A DNA stretch of 64,000 nt, from contig OX597833.1 of the NCBI GenBank assembly GCA_951406725.2, forward strand, positions 53,506,001 through 53,570,000, in the 5' to 3' direction. The notes beneath the pieces are model-generated. The model was not told the origin of the DNA. It did not search any database and saw only the letters and a program-made list of their open reading frames with translations. Below, one piece after another: positions 1 through 12,236 of this stretch. Source of the stretch: Octopus vulgaris. Lineage: Eukaryota. Within the stretch, counting starts at the first letter, position 1, and the number at the start of each line of letters is the position of its first letter. Made by a program: the position numbers and the translations under genes.

Positions 1-3000
1 TTCACGTTTTGAGCGGAGCTCTTCATCAGAAATATAGAGAAAGTCCAAAGAAGGGAAGACGAAGAAAGAAAATCGCCAACGATACTCAACGATTTCACGT
101 TTTGAGCGGAGCTCTTCATCAGAAATATAGAGAAAGTCCAAAGAAGGGAAGACGAAGAAAGAAAATCGCCAACGATACTCAACGATTTCACGTTTTGAGC
201 GGAGCTCTTCATCAGAAATATAGAGAAAGTCCAAAGAAGGGAAGATGAAGAAAGAAAATCGCCAACGATACTCAACGATTTCACGTTTTGAGCGGAGCTC
301 TTCATCAGAAATATAGAGAAAGTTCAAAGAAGGGAAGATGAAGAAAGAAAATCGCCAACGATACTCAACGATTTCACGTTTTGAGCGGAGCTCTTCATCA
401 GAAATATAGAGAAAGTCCAAAGAAGGGAAGATGAAGAAAGAAAATCGCCAACGATACTCAACGATTTCACGTTTTGAGCGGAGCTCTTCATCAGAAATAT
501 AGAGAAAGTCCAAAGAAGGGAAGATGAAGAAAGAAAATCGCCAACGATACTCAACGATTTCACGTTTTGAGCGGAGCTCTTCATCAGAAATATAGAGAAA
601 GTCCAAAGAAGGGAAGACGAAGAAAGAAAATCGCCAACGATACTCAACGATTTCACGTTTTGAGCGGAGCTCTTCATCAGAAATATAGAGAAAGTCCAAA
701 GAAGGGAAGATGAAGAAAGAAAATCGCCAACGATACTCAACGATTTCACGTTTTGAGCGGAGCTCTTCATCAGAAATATAGAGAAAGTCCAAAGAAGGGA
801 AGATGAAGAAAGAAAATCGCCAACGATACTCAACGATTTCACGTTTTGAGCGGAGCTCTTCATCAGAAATATAGAGAAAGTCCAAAGAAGGGAAGACGAA
901 GAAAGAAAATCGCCAACGATACTCAACGATTTCACGTTTTGAGCGGAGCTCTTCATCAGAAATATAGAGAAAGTCCAAAGAAGGGAAGACGAAGAAAGAA
1001 AATCGCCAACGATACTCAACGATTTCACGTTTTGAGCGGAGCTCTTCATCAGAAATATAGAGAAAGTCCAAAGAAGGGAAGACGAAGAAAGAAAATCGCC
1101 AACGATACTCAACGATTTCACGTTTTGAGCGGAGCTCTTCATCAGAAATATAGAGAAAGTCCAAAGAAGGGAAGATGAAGAAAGAAAATCGCCAACGATA
1201 CTCAACGATTTCACGTTTTGAGCGGAGCTCTTCATCAGAAATATAGAGAAAGTCCAAAGAAGGGAAGACGAAGAAAGAAAATCGCCAACGATACTCAACG
1301 ATTTCACGTTTTGAGCGGAGCTCTTCATCAGAAATATAGAGAAAGTCCAAAGAAGGAAGATGAAGAAAGAAAATCGCCAACGATACTCAACGATTTCACG
1401 TTTTGAGCGGAGCTCTTCATCAGAAATATAGAGAAAGTCCAAAGAAGGGAAGATGAAGAAAGAAAATCGCCTACGATACTCAACGATTTCACGTTTTGAG
1501 CGGAGCTCTTCATCAGAAATATAGAGAAAGTCCAAAGAAGGGAAGACGAAGAAAGAAAATCGCCAACGATACTCAACGATTTCACGTTTTGAGCGGAGCT
1601 CTTCATCAGAAATATAGAGAAAGTCCAAAGAAGGGAAGATGAAGAAAGAAAATCGCCAACGATACTCAACGATTTCACGTTTTGAGCGGAGCTCTTCATC
1701 AGAAATATAGAGAAAGTCCAAAGAAGGGAAGATGAAGAAAGAAAATCGCCAACGATACTCAACGATTTCACGTTTTGAGCGGAGCTCTTCATCAGAAATA
1801 TAGAGAAAGTCCAAAGAAGGGAAGATGAAGAAAGAAAATCGCCAACGATACTCAACGATTTCACGTTTTGAGCGGAGCTCTTCATCAGAAATATAGAGAA
1901 AGTCCAAAGAAGGGAAGATGAAGAAAGAAAATCGCCAACGATACTCAACGATTTCACGTTTTGAGCGGAGCTCTTCATCAGAAATATAGATAAAGTCCAA
2001 AGAAGGGAAGATGAAGAAAGAAAATCGCCAACGATACTCAACGATTTCACGTTTTGAGCGGAGCTCTTCATCAGAAATATAGAGAAAGTCCAAAGAAGGG
2101 AAGATGAAGAAAGAAAATCGCCAACGATACTCAACGATTTCGCGTTTTGAGCGGAGCTCTTCATCAGAAATATAGAGAAAGTCCAAAGAAGGGAAGATGA
2201 AGAAAGAAAATCGCCAACGATACTCAACGATTTCACGTTTTGAGCGGAGCTCTTCATCAGAAATATAGAGAAAGTCCAAAGAAGGGAAGATGAAGAAAGA
2301 AAATCGCCAACGATACTCAACGATTTCGCGTTTTGAGCGGAGCTCTTCATCAGAAATATAGAGAAAGTCCAAAGAAGGGAAGACGAAGAAAGAAAATCGC
2401 CAACGATACTCAACGATTTCACGTTTTGAGCGGAGCTCTTCATCAGAAATATAGAGAAAGTCCAAAGAAGGGAAGATGAAGAAAGAAAATCGCCAACGAT
2501 ACTCAACGATTTCACGTTTTGAGCGGAGCTCTTCATCAGAAATATAGAGAAAGTCCAAAGAAGGGAAGACGAAGAAAGAAAATCGCCAACGATACTCAAC
2601 GATTTCACGTTTTGAGCGGAGCTCTTCATCAGAAATATAGAGAAAGTCCAAAGAAGGGAAGATGAAGAAAGAAAATCGCCAACGATACTCAACGATTTCA
2701 CGTTTTGAGCGGAGCTCTTCATCAGAAATATAGAGAAAGTCCAAAGAAGGGAAGATGAAGAAAGAAAATCGCCAACGATACTCAACGATTTCACGTTTTG
2801 AGCGGAGCTCTTCATCAGAAATATAGAGAAAGTCCAAAGAAGGGAAGACGAAGAAAGAAAATCGCCAACGATACTCAACGATTTCACGTTTTGAGCGGAG
2901 CTCTTCATCAGAAATATAGAGAAAGTCCAAAGAAGGGAAGACGAAGAAAGAAAATCGCCAACGATACTCAACGATTTCACGTTTTGAGCGGAGCTCTTCA

Positions 3001-4081
3001 TCAGAAATATAGAGAAAGTCCAAAGAAGGGAAGATGAAGAAAGAAAATCGCCAACGATACTCAACGATTTCACGTTTTGAGCGGAGCTCTTCATCAGAAA
3101 TATAGAGAAAGTCCAAAGAAGGGAAGATGAAGAAAGAAAATCGCCAACGATACTCAACGATTTCACGTTTTGAGCGGAGCTCTTCATCAGAAATATAGAG
3201 AAAGTCCAAAGAAGGGAAGATGAAGAAAGAAAATCGCCAACGATACTCAACGATTTCACGTTTTGAGCGGAGCTCTTCATCAGAAATATAGAGAAAGTCC
3301 AAAGAAGGGAAGACGAAGAAAGAAAATCGCCAACGATACTCAACGATTTCACGTTTTGAGCGGAGCTCTTCATCAGAAATATAGAGAAAGTCCAAAGAAG
3401 GGAAGATGAAGAAGAAAATCGCCAACGATACTCAACGATTTCACGTTTTGAGCGGAGCTCTTCATCAGAAATATAGAGAAAGTCCAAAGAAGGGAAGATG
3501 AAGAAAGAAAATCGCCAACGATACTCAACGATTTCACGTTTTGAGCGGAGCTCTTCATCAGAAATATAGAGAAAGTCCAAAGAAGGGAAGATGAAGAAAG
3601 AAAATCGCCAACGATACTCAACGATTTCACGTTTTGAGCGGAGCTCTTCATCAGAAATATAGAGAAAGTCCAAAGAAGGGAAGACGAAGAAAGAAAATCG
3701 CCAACGATACTCAACGATTTCACGTTTTGAGCGGAGCTCTTCATCAGAAATATAGAGAAAGTCCAAAGAAGGGAAGATGAAGAAAGAAAATCGCCAACGA
3801 TACTCAACGATTTCACGTTTTGAGCGGAGCTCTTCATCAGAAATATAGAGAAAGTCCAAAGAAGGGAAGACGAAGAAAGAAAATCGCCAACGATACTCAA
3901 CGATTTCACGTTTTGAGCGGAGCTCTTCATCAGAAATATAGAGAAAGTCCAAAGAAGGGAAGATGAAGAAGAAAATCGCCAACGATACTCAACGATTTCA
4001 CGTTTTGAGCGGAGCTCTTCATCAGAAATATAGAGAAAGTCCAAAGAAGGGAAGATGAAGAAAGAAAATCGCCAACGATAC
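1..4081. repeat. 93-bp tandem satellite (~44 near-identical units, continues past the window start) carrying a degenerate hammerhead motif on the minus strand
   Basis: Unit ttcacgttttgagcggagctcttcatcagaaatatagagaaagtccaaagaagggaagaYgaagaaagaaaatcgccaacgatactcaacgat repeats every 93 nt with only rare SNPs and 1-nt deletions. It is homologous to the dispersed unit at ~61025-61105. Confidence 0.97.
92..126 (-). ncRNA. Hammerhead-like motif in the satellite unit (first full copy, repeated in every unit); probably inactive
   Basis: Minus strand reads ATTT-CTGATGA-A-GAGC(TCC)GCTC-AAAA-CGT-G-AAAT: stem I ATTT/AAAT, core CUGAUGA, stem II GAGC/GCTC. G12 is A and position 17 is G. Confidence 0.7.
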
Positions 4082-4168
4082 ATTCACACACACACATGCA
4101 TATATATTGGTTATTTATATATGGTTGATGTTAGCAGAAATACTGATGAATCAGTGGAGTTTTGATTA

Positions 4169-4565
4169 CTCTCTTTTTACTCTTTTACTCTTTTACTTGT
4201 TTCAGTCATTTGGCTGCGGCCATGCTGGAGCACCGCCTTTAATCGAGCAACTCGACCCCGGGACTTATTCTCTGTAAGCCCAGTACTTATTCTATCGGTC
4301 TCTTTTGCCGAACCGCTAAGTGACGGGACATAAACACACCAGCATCGGTTGTCAAGCAATGCTAGGGGGACAAACACAAACATACACGCGCGCACATATA
4401 TACGACGGGCTTCTTTCAGTTTCCGTCTACCAAATCCACTGACAAGGCTTTGGTCAGCCCGAGGCTATAGTAGAAGACACTTGCCCAAGGTGCCACGCAG
4501 TGGGACTGAACTCGGTACCATGTGGTTGGTAAACATGCTACTTACCACACAGCTACTCCTGCGCC
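4169..4565 (-). mobile_element. SINE family A (tRNA-derived head, CORE-like segment, microsatellite linker, (AAGAGTA)-type tail)
   Basis: Head ggcgcaggagtRgctgtgtggtaag with A/B-box-like motifs, and tggcaccttgggcaagtgtctt resembling the CORE domain. More than 15 copies occur in the window. Confidence 0.9.
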
Positions 4566-4804
4566 TATTACCCTAACTTAGTTTATGAAAAAGAAAAAAA
4601 CAGACATGCAGTTAGAGTAAACAATGAGTGACAGAGAGACAGAGAGACAGACAGTCACAGAGTCACAGAAGAGTGAATAACAGATAGCCAGACAGTCACA
4701 ACCAGAGAGTGACAAGACGACTGGCATACAAGAGAGAACAGAGAACAGAATACGATCAAGCATTCACATCAGGTGTTATTCGCTATCAGTTGATATGGAC
4801 AGAC

Positions 4805-5307
4805 GGCGAGCTGACAGAAACGTTAGCACACCGGGCGAGATGCGTAGCCGTATTTCGTCTGCCGCTACGTTCTGAGTTCAAATTCCGCCAAGGTCGACTT
4901 TGCCTTTCATCCTATCGGGGTTGATTGAATAAGTACCAGTTACGCACTGGGGTCGATGTAATCGGATAAATCCGTTTGTCTGTCCTTGTTTGTCCCCCTC
5001 TATGCTTAGCCCCTTGTGGGTAGTAAAGAAATAGGTATTTCGCCTGTCTTTTACATTCTTGGTTCAAATTCCACTGAAGTCGATACATCAAAATCGTTAG
5101 CATGCCGGGCGAAACGCTTAGCGGTATTTTGTCTGCCGCTACGTTCAGAGTTCAAATTCTGCCAAGGTCGACTTTGCCTTTTATCCTTTTGGGGTCGATT
5201 GAATAAGTACCAGTTACGCACTGGGGTCGATGTAATCGGATAAATCCGTTTGTCTGTCCTTGTTTGTCCCCCTCTATGTTTAGCCCCTTGTGGGTAGTAA
5301 AGAAATA
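4805..5307 (+). mobile_element. SINE family B, tandem dimer with 17-bp TSD
   Basis: ggcgagctgRcagaaacgttagc...gagttcaaattcc head; gcctttcatcct..ggggtcgat..taagtaccag central domain (Meta/MESC-like by recollection). TSD agttgatatggacagac at 4788-4804 and 5308-5324. Confidence 0.88.
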
Positions 5308-5500
5308 AGTTGATATGGACAGACAGATTCGTAAAATTTGAATGGTCAAGAACATGAAGTCACCTAACTCTTACTAGCATAGCCATTGACATTCGAATTT
5401 ATTCATTCATTCATCCTCTCTCTCTCTTCCTCTTTCTCTTTGTCTATTTCATCAACAAACAAACAGAAATATTCAAATCACTACTACGAACTCAGGAGTT

Positions 5501-5669
5501 CGTAGGAGTGGCTGTGTGGTAAGTAGCTTGCTTACCAACCACATGGTTCCGGGTTCAGTCCCACTGCGTGGCATCTTGGGCAAGTGTCTTCTGCTATAGC
5601 CCCGGGCCGACCAATGCCTTATGAGTGGATTTGGTAGACGGAAACTGAAAGAAGCCCGTCGTATATATG

Positions 5670-5700
<31 letters not shown>

Positions 5701-5917
5701 TTGTGTGTCTGTGTTTGTCCCCCTAGCATTGCTTGACAACCGATGCTGGTGTGTTTACGTCCCCGTCACTTAGCGGTTCGGCAAACGAGACCGATAGAAT
5801 AAGTACTGGGCTTACAAAAGAATAAGTCCCTGGGTCGATTTGCTCGACTAAAGGCGGTGCTCCAGCATGGCCGCAGTCAAATGACTGAAACAAGTAAAAG
5901 AGTAAAGAGTAAAGAGA
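5501..5917 (+). mobile_element. SINE family A, full length
   Basis: Head, (TA)/(TG) linker and tail as in the other copies. Confidence 0.9.
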
Positions 5918-6283
5918 GAACAGAATTTTCTGATATTACTCTGTTTTTTGGGGTGTTTTTTGGCTTTGGACTGTCATGTTGCAAACAAGCTTTTAACAAG
6001 TAAACAGATGATGATTCGGAAACGAATCACAGCTCATCTCATTCCTCTTATTATGGTTACATACTCCCTTTACACTTTACTCTTTTACTTGTTTCAGACA
6101 TTTGGCTGTGACCATGCTGGAGCACCACCTTTAGTCGAGCAAATCGACCCCAGGACTCATTCTTTGTAAGCCCAGGACTTATTCTATCGGTCTCTTTTGC
6201 CGAACCGCTAAGTGACGGGACATAAAGACACCAGCATCGGTTGTCAAGCAATGCTAGGGGGACAAACACAGGCACACAAACAT

Positions 6284-6344
<61 letters not shown>

Positions 6345-6349
<5 letters not shown>

Positions 6350-6602
6350 TAATAAATATTAGGGAATGAATCCAAAATTACAGGGAAAAATCAGATTTAG
6401 GGTTAAATCAAATTTTATAGAAAAATATTATATAATATAATTCGAGACAAAACCACTATTTTAAAACCACACAAGGAAAGACTTAATCAATACATAAAAT
6501 TTTAATATAAATTAAATAAACCGCCACTACAATTTTATGTATTGATTAAGTCTTTCCTTGTTTGGTTTTAAAATAGTGGTTTTGTCTCGAATTATATTAT
6601 AT
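6345..6602. mobile_element. PLE-related short unit ending in a 72-bp inverted duplication
   Basis: 6345-6534 is homologous to 8657-8855. Arms 6430-6501 and 6531-6602 are reverse complements with one mismatch. Confidence 0.8.
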
Positions 6603-6611
6603 TTATATATA

Positions 6612-6795
6612 TCATCATCATCATCATCATCGTTTAACGTCCGCTTTCCGCGCTAGCACGGGTTGGACGGTTTGACCGGGTCTGGGAAGCCAGGGGCCGC
6701 TCCAGGCTCCAGTCTGAAATCTGGCAGAGTTTCTACGGCTGGATGCCCTTCCTAACGCCAACCACTCCGTGAGTGGATTGGGTGCTTTTTACGTG
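6612..6795 (-). mobile_element. SINE family C 3' part with (GAT)n tail
   Basis: Reverse complement of ggagtggttggcgttaggaagggcatcc...ggacgttaaacgatgatgat. Confidence 0.85.
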
Positions 6796-7084
6796 TCGAC
6801 GGGCTTCTTTCAGTTTCCATCTACCAAATCCATTCACAAATCTTTGGTCAGCCCAAGGCTATAGTAGAAGGCACTTGCCCAAGGTGCCACACAGTGGGAC
6901 TGAACCCGAAACCATATGGTTGGTAAGCAAGCTACTTACCACACAGCCACTTCTTATTGCTAAATATGTAAAAAAAAAACAACGCTGACTAAATAAAGAA
7001 GTTCCTATCTTTAGGAACAAGCTTACACAAATACAGTCACATATGAACATGTGTGCGTGTACACACATGCATATATTCATGCAT

Positions 7085-7115
7085 ACAAGCATACATACAT
7101 AGATGCCTTCATACA

Positions 7116-7149
<34 letters not shown>

Positions 7150-7178
7150 CATACATACATGCATACATACATACATAT

Positions 7179-7209
<31 letters not shown>

Positions 7210-7255
7210 CATACATACATACATACATACATACATACATACATACATACATACA

Positions 7256-7289
<34 letters not shown>

Positions 7290-7325
7290 CATACATACAT
7301 ACATATATACATATATACATACATA
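7085..7325. repeat. (TACA)n microsatellite; representative of dozens of (TA)n, (TATG)n, (CA)n, (GAT)n and (AAT)n tracts
   Basis: Direct inspection. These tracts are the source of the YI/MYVC/HT-rich ORFs. Confidence 0.97.
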
Positions 7326-7566
7326 ATTCGTCTGCATTCAGTTGTTGGTTGCTTAAAAATTGTTGAACATGAAAGGAGATATTTTAAAATTAAAACAAAA
7401 CCAACAAAGCTTATATTGTTATATATGCAATGTAAACAAATGTATAGACTATATATGAATTTTCCATGAGCGTTTTAAACATACATATACATACATGCTT
7501 ATACATGCATATTCACACACATAAATCTACATCTATTTATCTATCTATCTATCTATCTATCTATCA

Positions 7567-7600
<34 letters not shown>

Positions 7601-7751
7601 TTTATTTAAAAGCAGCAGAGTTTGACGTCAACAGAGTTTGACGTTCCCATTCGTCGGACAGTTTTGTTAAAAGCATATTACTCTACCTCTGCTATTTGAG
7701 TACTCTTTTCTCCACCTTGTTTCACATTTATGTGTTTACTCCGGTACATAT

Positions 7752-7801
<50 letters not shown>

Positions 7802-7824
7802 CAAAGTTATTTTAATCCTCATGG

Positions 7825-7907
<83 letters not shown>

Positions 7908-7947
7908 TATATCAAAAAGAATATGTGTGCGCATCTGTAGATATCTG

Positions 7948-7986
<39 letters not shown>

Positions 7987-8176
7987 GTATATATATATAT
8001 GTATGTATGTATGTATTTGTATATATGTGTGTATATATATATATAAATACATACACATATTTTTTTATATATTCTTGTATATTCCATCTTCTGTTTTTCA
8101 TTTACCATATACATATGTGTGTGTGTGTGTATACATATGTATATGTGCATATACATATACATATATATATATATAT

Positions 8177-8222
<46 letters not shown>

Positions 8223-8621
8223 TATATAGATATGTGTATGTATGTATGTATTCTTCATTTAAATCTTTTCTTTGTATTTACATTATTTTAAGTTTTCCTC
8301 CTCTCAGGCTGTTTTTCTTAATCTTTCAGTAAACATCTCTCTTTTATGTAATGGGGCGGATGTCTTCTGGTTGTCTTTGTCGAAGCTTTAGGTCGGATGT
8401 TGTCTGGTGCAATGTGTAATGCTGCCCCCTTTACATCATTACATGGGGAGTTAACTGTTGTCATTACATCAAACCTGTTGCATTGTTAACCTTAGACACA
8501 CACACACACTCATACACACATACATTGGCAGACAATATATACACACATATGCATCTGCATACACATGCACAAGTAAATGTATATGTATATGTGGTATATG
8601 TGTGTGTATGTGTGTGTGTAT

Positions 8622-8656
<35 letters not shown>

Positions 8657-8665
<9 letters not shown>

Positions 8666-8915
8666 ATATTAGGGAATAAATCCAAATTTACAGGGAAAAA
8701 TCAGATTTAGGATTGAATCCAATTTTATAGTAAAATAGTATATAATATTAATTAGAGACAAAACCACTATTATGCAAATCAAACAAAGAAAGACTTAATC
8801 CAATACATAAAAAATTTTATATAAATTAAATAAAATTAAGTTATCCACTACAATTGTTTCTTGTCACTTCTAAGGACATTCATCAGGTGGTTTTCAGACC
8901 TTCTATTCAATTTTA
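8657..8915 (-). mobile_element. Short PLE-related (pLTR-like) unit carrying a hammerhead, embedded in TA repeats
   Basis: Homologous to 6345-6534 and partly to ~35380-35455. Contains a complete hammerhead fold and is flanked by (TA)n. Confidence 0.65.
8845..8890 (-). ncRNA. Minimal type I hammerhead ribozyme with intact core (predicted cleavage after GUA)
   Basis: CCAC-CTGATGA-a-TGTC(cttagaagt)GACA-a-GAA-ACAATTGT-A-GTGG: stem I CCAC/GTGG, stem II TGTC/GACA, palindromic helix III ACAATTGT. Confidence 0.85.
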
Positions 8916-9290
8916 AATTATATATATATATATACATAAGAACAATCTTACTTAGAAATGGATTGATCTCAAATTTTATTTAATTTGCTTTTCGCGGGAA
9001 GGAAAGTTTCTATCGAAGATGCGTATCTCCTTCACCTTCGAAACGCAGAGTAGATGAAACCATGGCGACTGAAGAAGGGGAATTTTCCTTGTGTTATTTG
9101 TCCTGTACTCTATTTTTTCGTTGTTTAAGAAAAATGACCAGTTCCTCGGTTTTGTGTTTATGTTTTCGTTTCTCATTGTATTTGACGTTTTTTTGGTGTC
9201 CTGTACCCATATATGCATGTATATATACATGTAGAGGTAGGTACGTACATATATGTATGTATATATGCATATGTTTTATTTATTAATTCA

Positions 9291-9491
9291 TCTCTCTCTA
9301 TATAAATGGCAGTTTGTCTGTCTGCGTGTCTGTGTGTCTAGGGGACGCAACTCGACCTTTTTAACTCTCAAAAAAAAAATTTACCATCATTTTTTTTCCC
9401 ATTTTTTTGCTATTTTTTGGCTATAACTCTCTAAAAATGCTTTATAGTTATTTCCCTTACAAACCCGAGCAACGCCGGGCGATACTGCTAG
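9291..9491 (+). mobile_element. Non-autonomous Helitron
   Basis: A|TC 5' end, subterminal hairpin cccgagcaacgccggg and CTAG|T 3' end. Same family as 62622-63014. Confidence 0.8.
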
Positions 9492-9527
<36 letters not shown>

Positions 9528-10064
9528 CGTTGTTATCATGTTAAACTGTTGTATGTCGAAATTTGGCCAAATGCGTTTTTTTCAGAATTTGTTTTTGCTT
9601 GCAATAGCCAGTTCTTTTGGTCAAACTAGTGTATTTTGCTTCAGATGCCAAGATGCCAAGATATCAAAAATTGTCAAAGTGTAGTACAATGGTCTTGGTA
9701 TGGAATGGTGTTGTATATATATATATATATACAGGCTTCTTTTAGTTTCCATCTACCAAATCCACTTGTAAGGCTTCAGTTTTCATTCTGCTTTCAGAGT
9801 TTTGCTCGTTTCTCTATGATCAGACTAAATGGCCACCTTTTGTACAGCATGGCCAGTCTAAGAACAGAAACAAGTAAAAGATAAAAGCTATTTATTTATT
9901 TATTTGTTTGTTGCTTTCTAATTACAAATTTCTTAAAATTTCTAATCAGTGCTAATCACATGTAGCAATACTTTCATTCCTTTTAGAAATTGTCTGTATG
10001 ACATAACACGAGGAATATTGATTTCAAGTTTCAAATCATGATGCAAGACCAATAATTTCAGGGA

Positions 10065-10562
10065 AGAGGGTAAATTGATTACATTGACCCCCAGGACTCA
10101 ACTGTGGATTATTTTATTGATCCTTAAAGGATGACAGGCAAAGCCAACTTCACCAGAATTTGAACTCAGAACATAAAAGACAGGTGAAATGCCGCTAAGC
10201 ATTTTGTCCAGCATGATAACGGCTCCGCCAGCTTGCCACCTTACACATTTTACATCAACCCCAGTACTCAACTGGTATTTATTTTAGCACCTCTGAAAGG
10301 ATGAAAGGCAAAGCCAACTTCAGCAGAATTTGAACTCAGAACATAAAGACTAACAAAATGCCGCTAAGCATTTTGTCTACCATGCTAATGGCTTTGCCAG
10401 CTTGCCACTTTACACATATTACATCAACCCCAGTATCCAACTGGTACTTATTTTATCAACTCTGAAAGGATGAAAGGCAAAGACAACCTTGGCAGAATTT
10501 GAACTCAGAACGTAAAAACAGATGAAATGCCTGGTGTGCTAACAATTCTGCCAGCTCACCAC
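10065..10562 (-). mobile_element. Three diverged tandem units of SINE family B
   Basis: aaaggatgaaaggcaaag...gaatttgaactcagaac...gccagct recurs with a period of ~180 nt. Confidence 0.8.
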
Positions 10563-10918
10563 TTTATAACATGACAAATATTAATTAAGCATTTTATGAA
10601 ATGAAACATTTCTGACAAATGAAAAATAATTACAGGTTGGAAGAAACGTGGAATGTGTGTTTTGCTTTGCTTTGCTCTGGTTTTATGTTTTTTGTTTTCC
10701 TTTTTCCTCATAGAGCATTAATTGTTTAGCAATAGAGCTAATCTGATTCTAAACCATCCAAACATAATAATATGATAATGATATGAAAACTGCATTTGTT
10801 ATAATCGTAATGCAAGTGTGAAGGGGTTTGAGTGCACTTTCAAGGACAAACACTTACAGAAGTACATTTTTAGAATAAAAAGTACAAAATATACTTTAAG
10901 TATATATAGACATATATA

Positions 10919-11335
10919 GGCGCAGGAGTGGCTGTGTGGTAAGTAGCCACATTTGCTAACCAACCACATGGTTCCGAGTTCAGTCCCACTGCGTGGCATC
11001 TTGGGCAAGTGTCTTCTGCTATAGCCCCGGGCCGACCAATGCCTTGTGAGTGGATTTGGTAGACGGAAACTGAAAGAAGCCTGTCGTATATATGCATATA
11101 TATATGTATGTGTGCGTATATGTTTGTGTGTCTGTGTTTGTCCCCCTAGTATTGCTTGACAAACGATGCTGGTGTGTTTACGTCCCCGTCACTTAGCGGT
11201 TCGGCAAAAGAGACCGATAGAATAAGTACTGGGCTTACAAAGAATAAGTCCCGGGGTCGATTTCCTCGACTAAAGGCGGTACTCCAGCATGGCCGCAGTC
11301 AAATGACTGAAACAAGTAAAAGAGTAAAAGAGAGA
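10919..11335 (+). mobile_element. SINE family A, full length
   Basis: Head, linker and tail match the family. Confidence 0.9.
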
Positions 11336-11671
11336 GATGCTATTCAAAAGATAGGATGGACATAACCAGAATACTTTTCATTATAGATCTTATTTGATCT
11401 GGGGTTTAACAACAACATGGCAGTAAGGGTACCACTATGCAGAAATTCAACCTGTTAGTAATTGCAACCAAATCTTCTTTGGATAATACACTTGAAGGAA
11501 AAGGAGCATGCATGACTGTGGCTCTGTGGTTAAGAAGCTTGCTTTGCAATCATGTGGTTTCAGGTTCAGTCCCACTATGAAGCATCTAGGGCACATGTCT
11601 CCTGCAATAGCCCTAGGTCAACCAATACCTTCCAAATAAATTTGGAGGACATGAGCTCTGTGGATGTCAAT

Positions 11672-11703
<32 letters not shown>

Positions 11704-11917
11704 TATACATATATATATATATATATATACACACATACATACATATATATACATACATATAAATATGTATGTATGTATGTATGTATGTATGTGTGTACGT
11801 ATGTATGGGTGGGTGGGTGAATGGATGGATGGATAAAATTTTTAAAATGGAAAAGCAAAATATTTGGCATCACTCAAAAAAGGAACATTTGATTTAAATA
11901 GAAAATATAACCAGAGT

Positions 11918-12005
11918 CTCCTACAGCTGTTTCTAGAATAGCCTATCATGCAGATCATGATGTTGACTAAGGATTCTATAAGCTGAGTAAACTGTCATCA
12001 GAGAG
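11918..12005 (-). ncRNA. Type I hammerhead-like fold with enlarged domain II
   Basis: CTCT-CTGATGA-[16 nt]-TAGAAT...ATCATG(atctg)CATGAT...ATTCTA-GAA-ACAGCTGT-A-GGAG, with palindromic helix III and a GUA triplet. Confidence 0.65.
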
Positions 12006-12236
12006 TGAGAAAAATGTAAAAGTAAAGAAATCTTCCCAATTGAGGATATTAGTACTTTTAGTTAATAAAAAAAATGAAGGAAGGATCAGAATAAATAAAA
12101 TAGATACGCATTATGCACTTCTATGGTCAAATCAGTAAAAGAGTTATAGGTAAGGTCCATTAGCAGTTTGAAATGTGAATGTTATGATGTATACATATGC
12201 TTGTACATGTGTCATTGTGTTTATCTTACCAATACC

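Larger units (their letters stand above)
6070..6955 (-). mobile_element. SINE family A split by nested insertions in its linker
   Basis: Tail 6070-6295 and head 6797-6955 are separated by (TA)n, a fold-back unit and a family C SINE. Confidence 0.8.

Noticed and set aside
1-4081. CRISPR array
   Set aside because: There are no unique spacers and no cas genes, and the context is eukaryotic.
324-4083. Very long ORFs (1033 aa, 884 aa, 236 aa)
   Set aside because: They are 31-aa repeats produced by a 93-bp unit lacking stops in two minus frames, and frame switches coincide with 1-nt deletions.
4143-4168. CTGATGA followed by an ATCA/TGAT hairpin
   Set aside because: No GAAA or helix III follows, even after removing the adjacent SINE.
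5501-5570. tRNA genes
   Set aside because: The A/B-box-like sequences are SINE heads. They continue into SINE bodies and lack a full cloverleaf.
9005-9090. Hammerhead-like words (cgaaacgc, ctgaagaagggg)
   Set aside because: I could not assemble stems I and III in any permutation. It may be a rearranged relative, but the call is unsupported.
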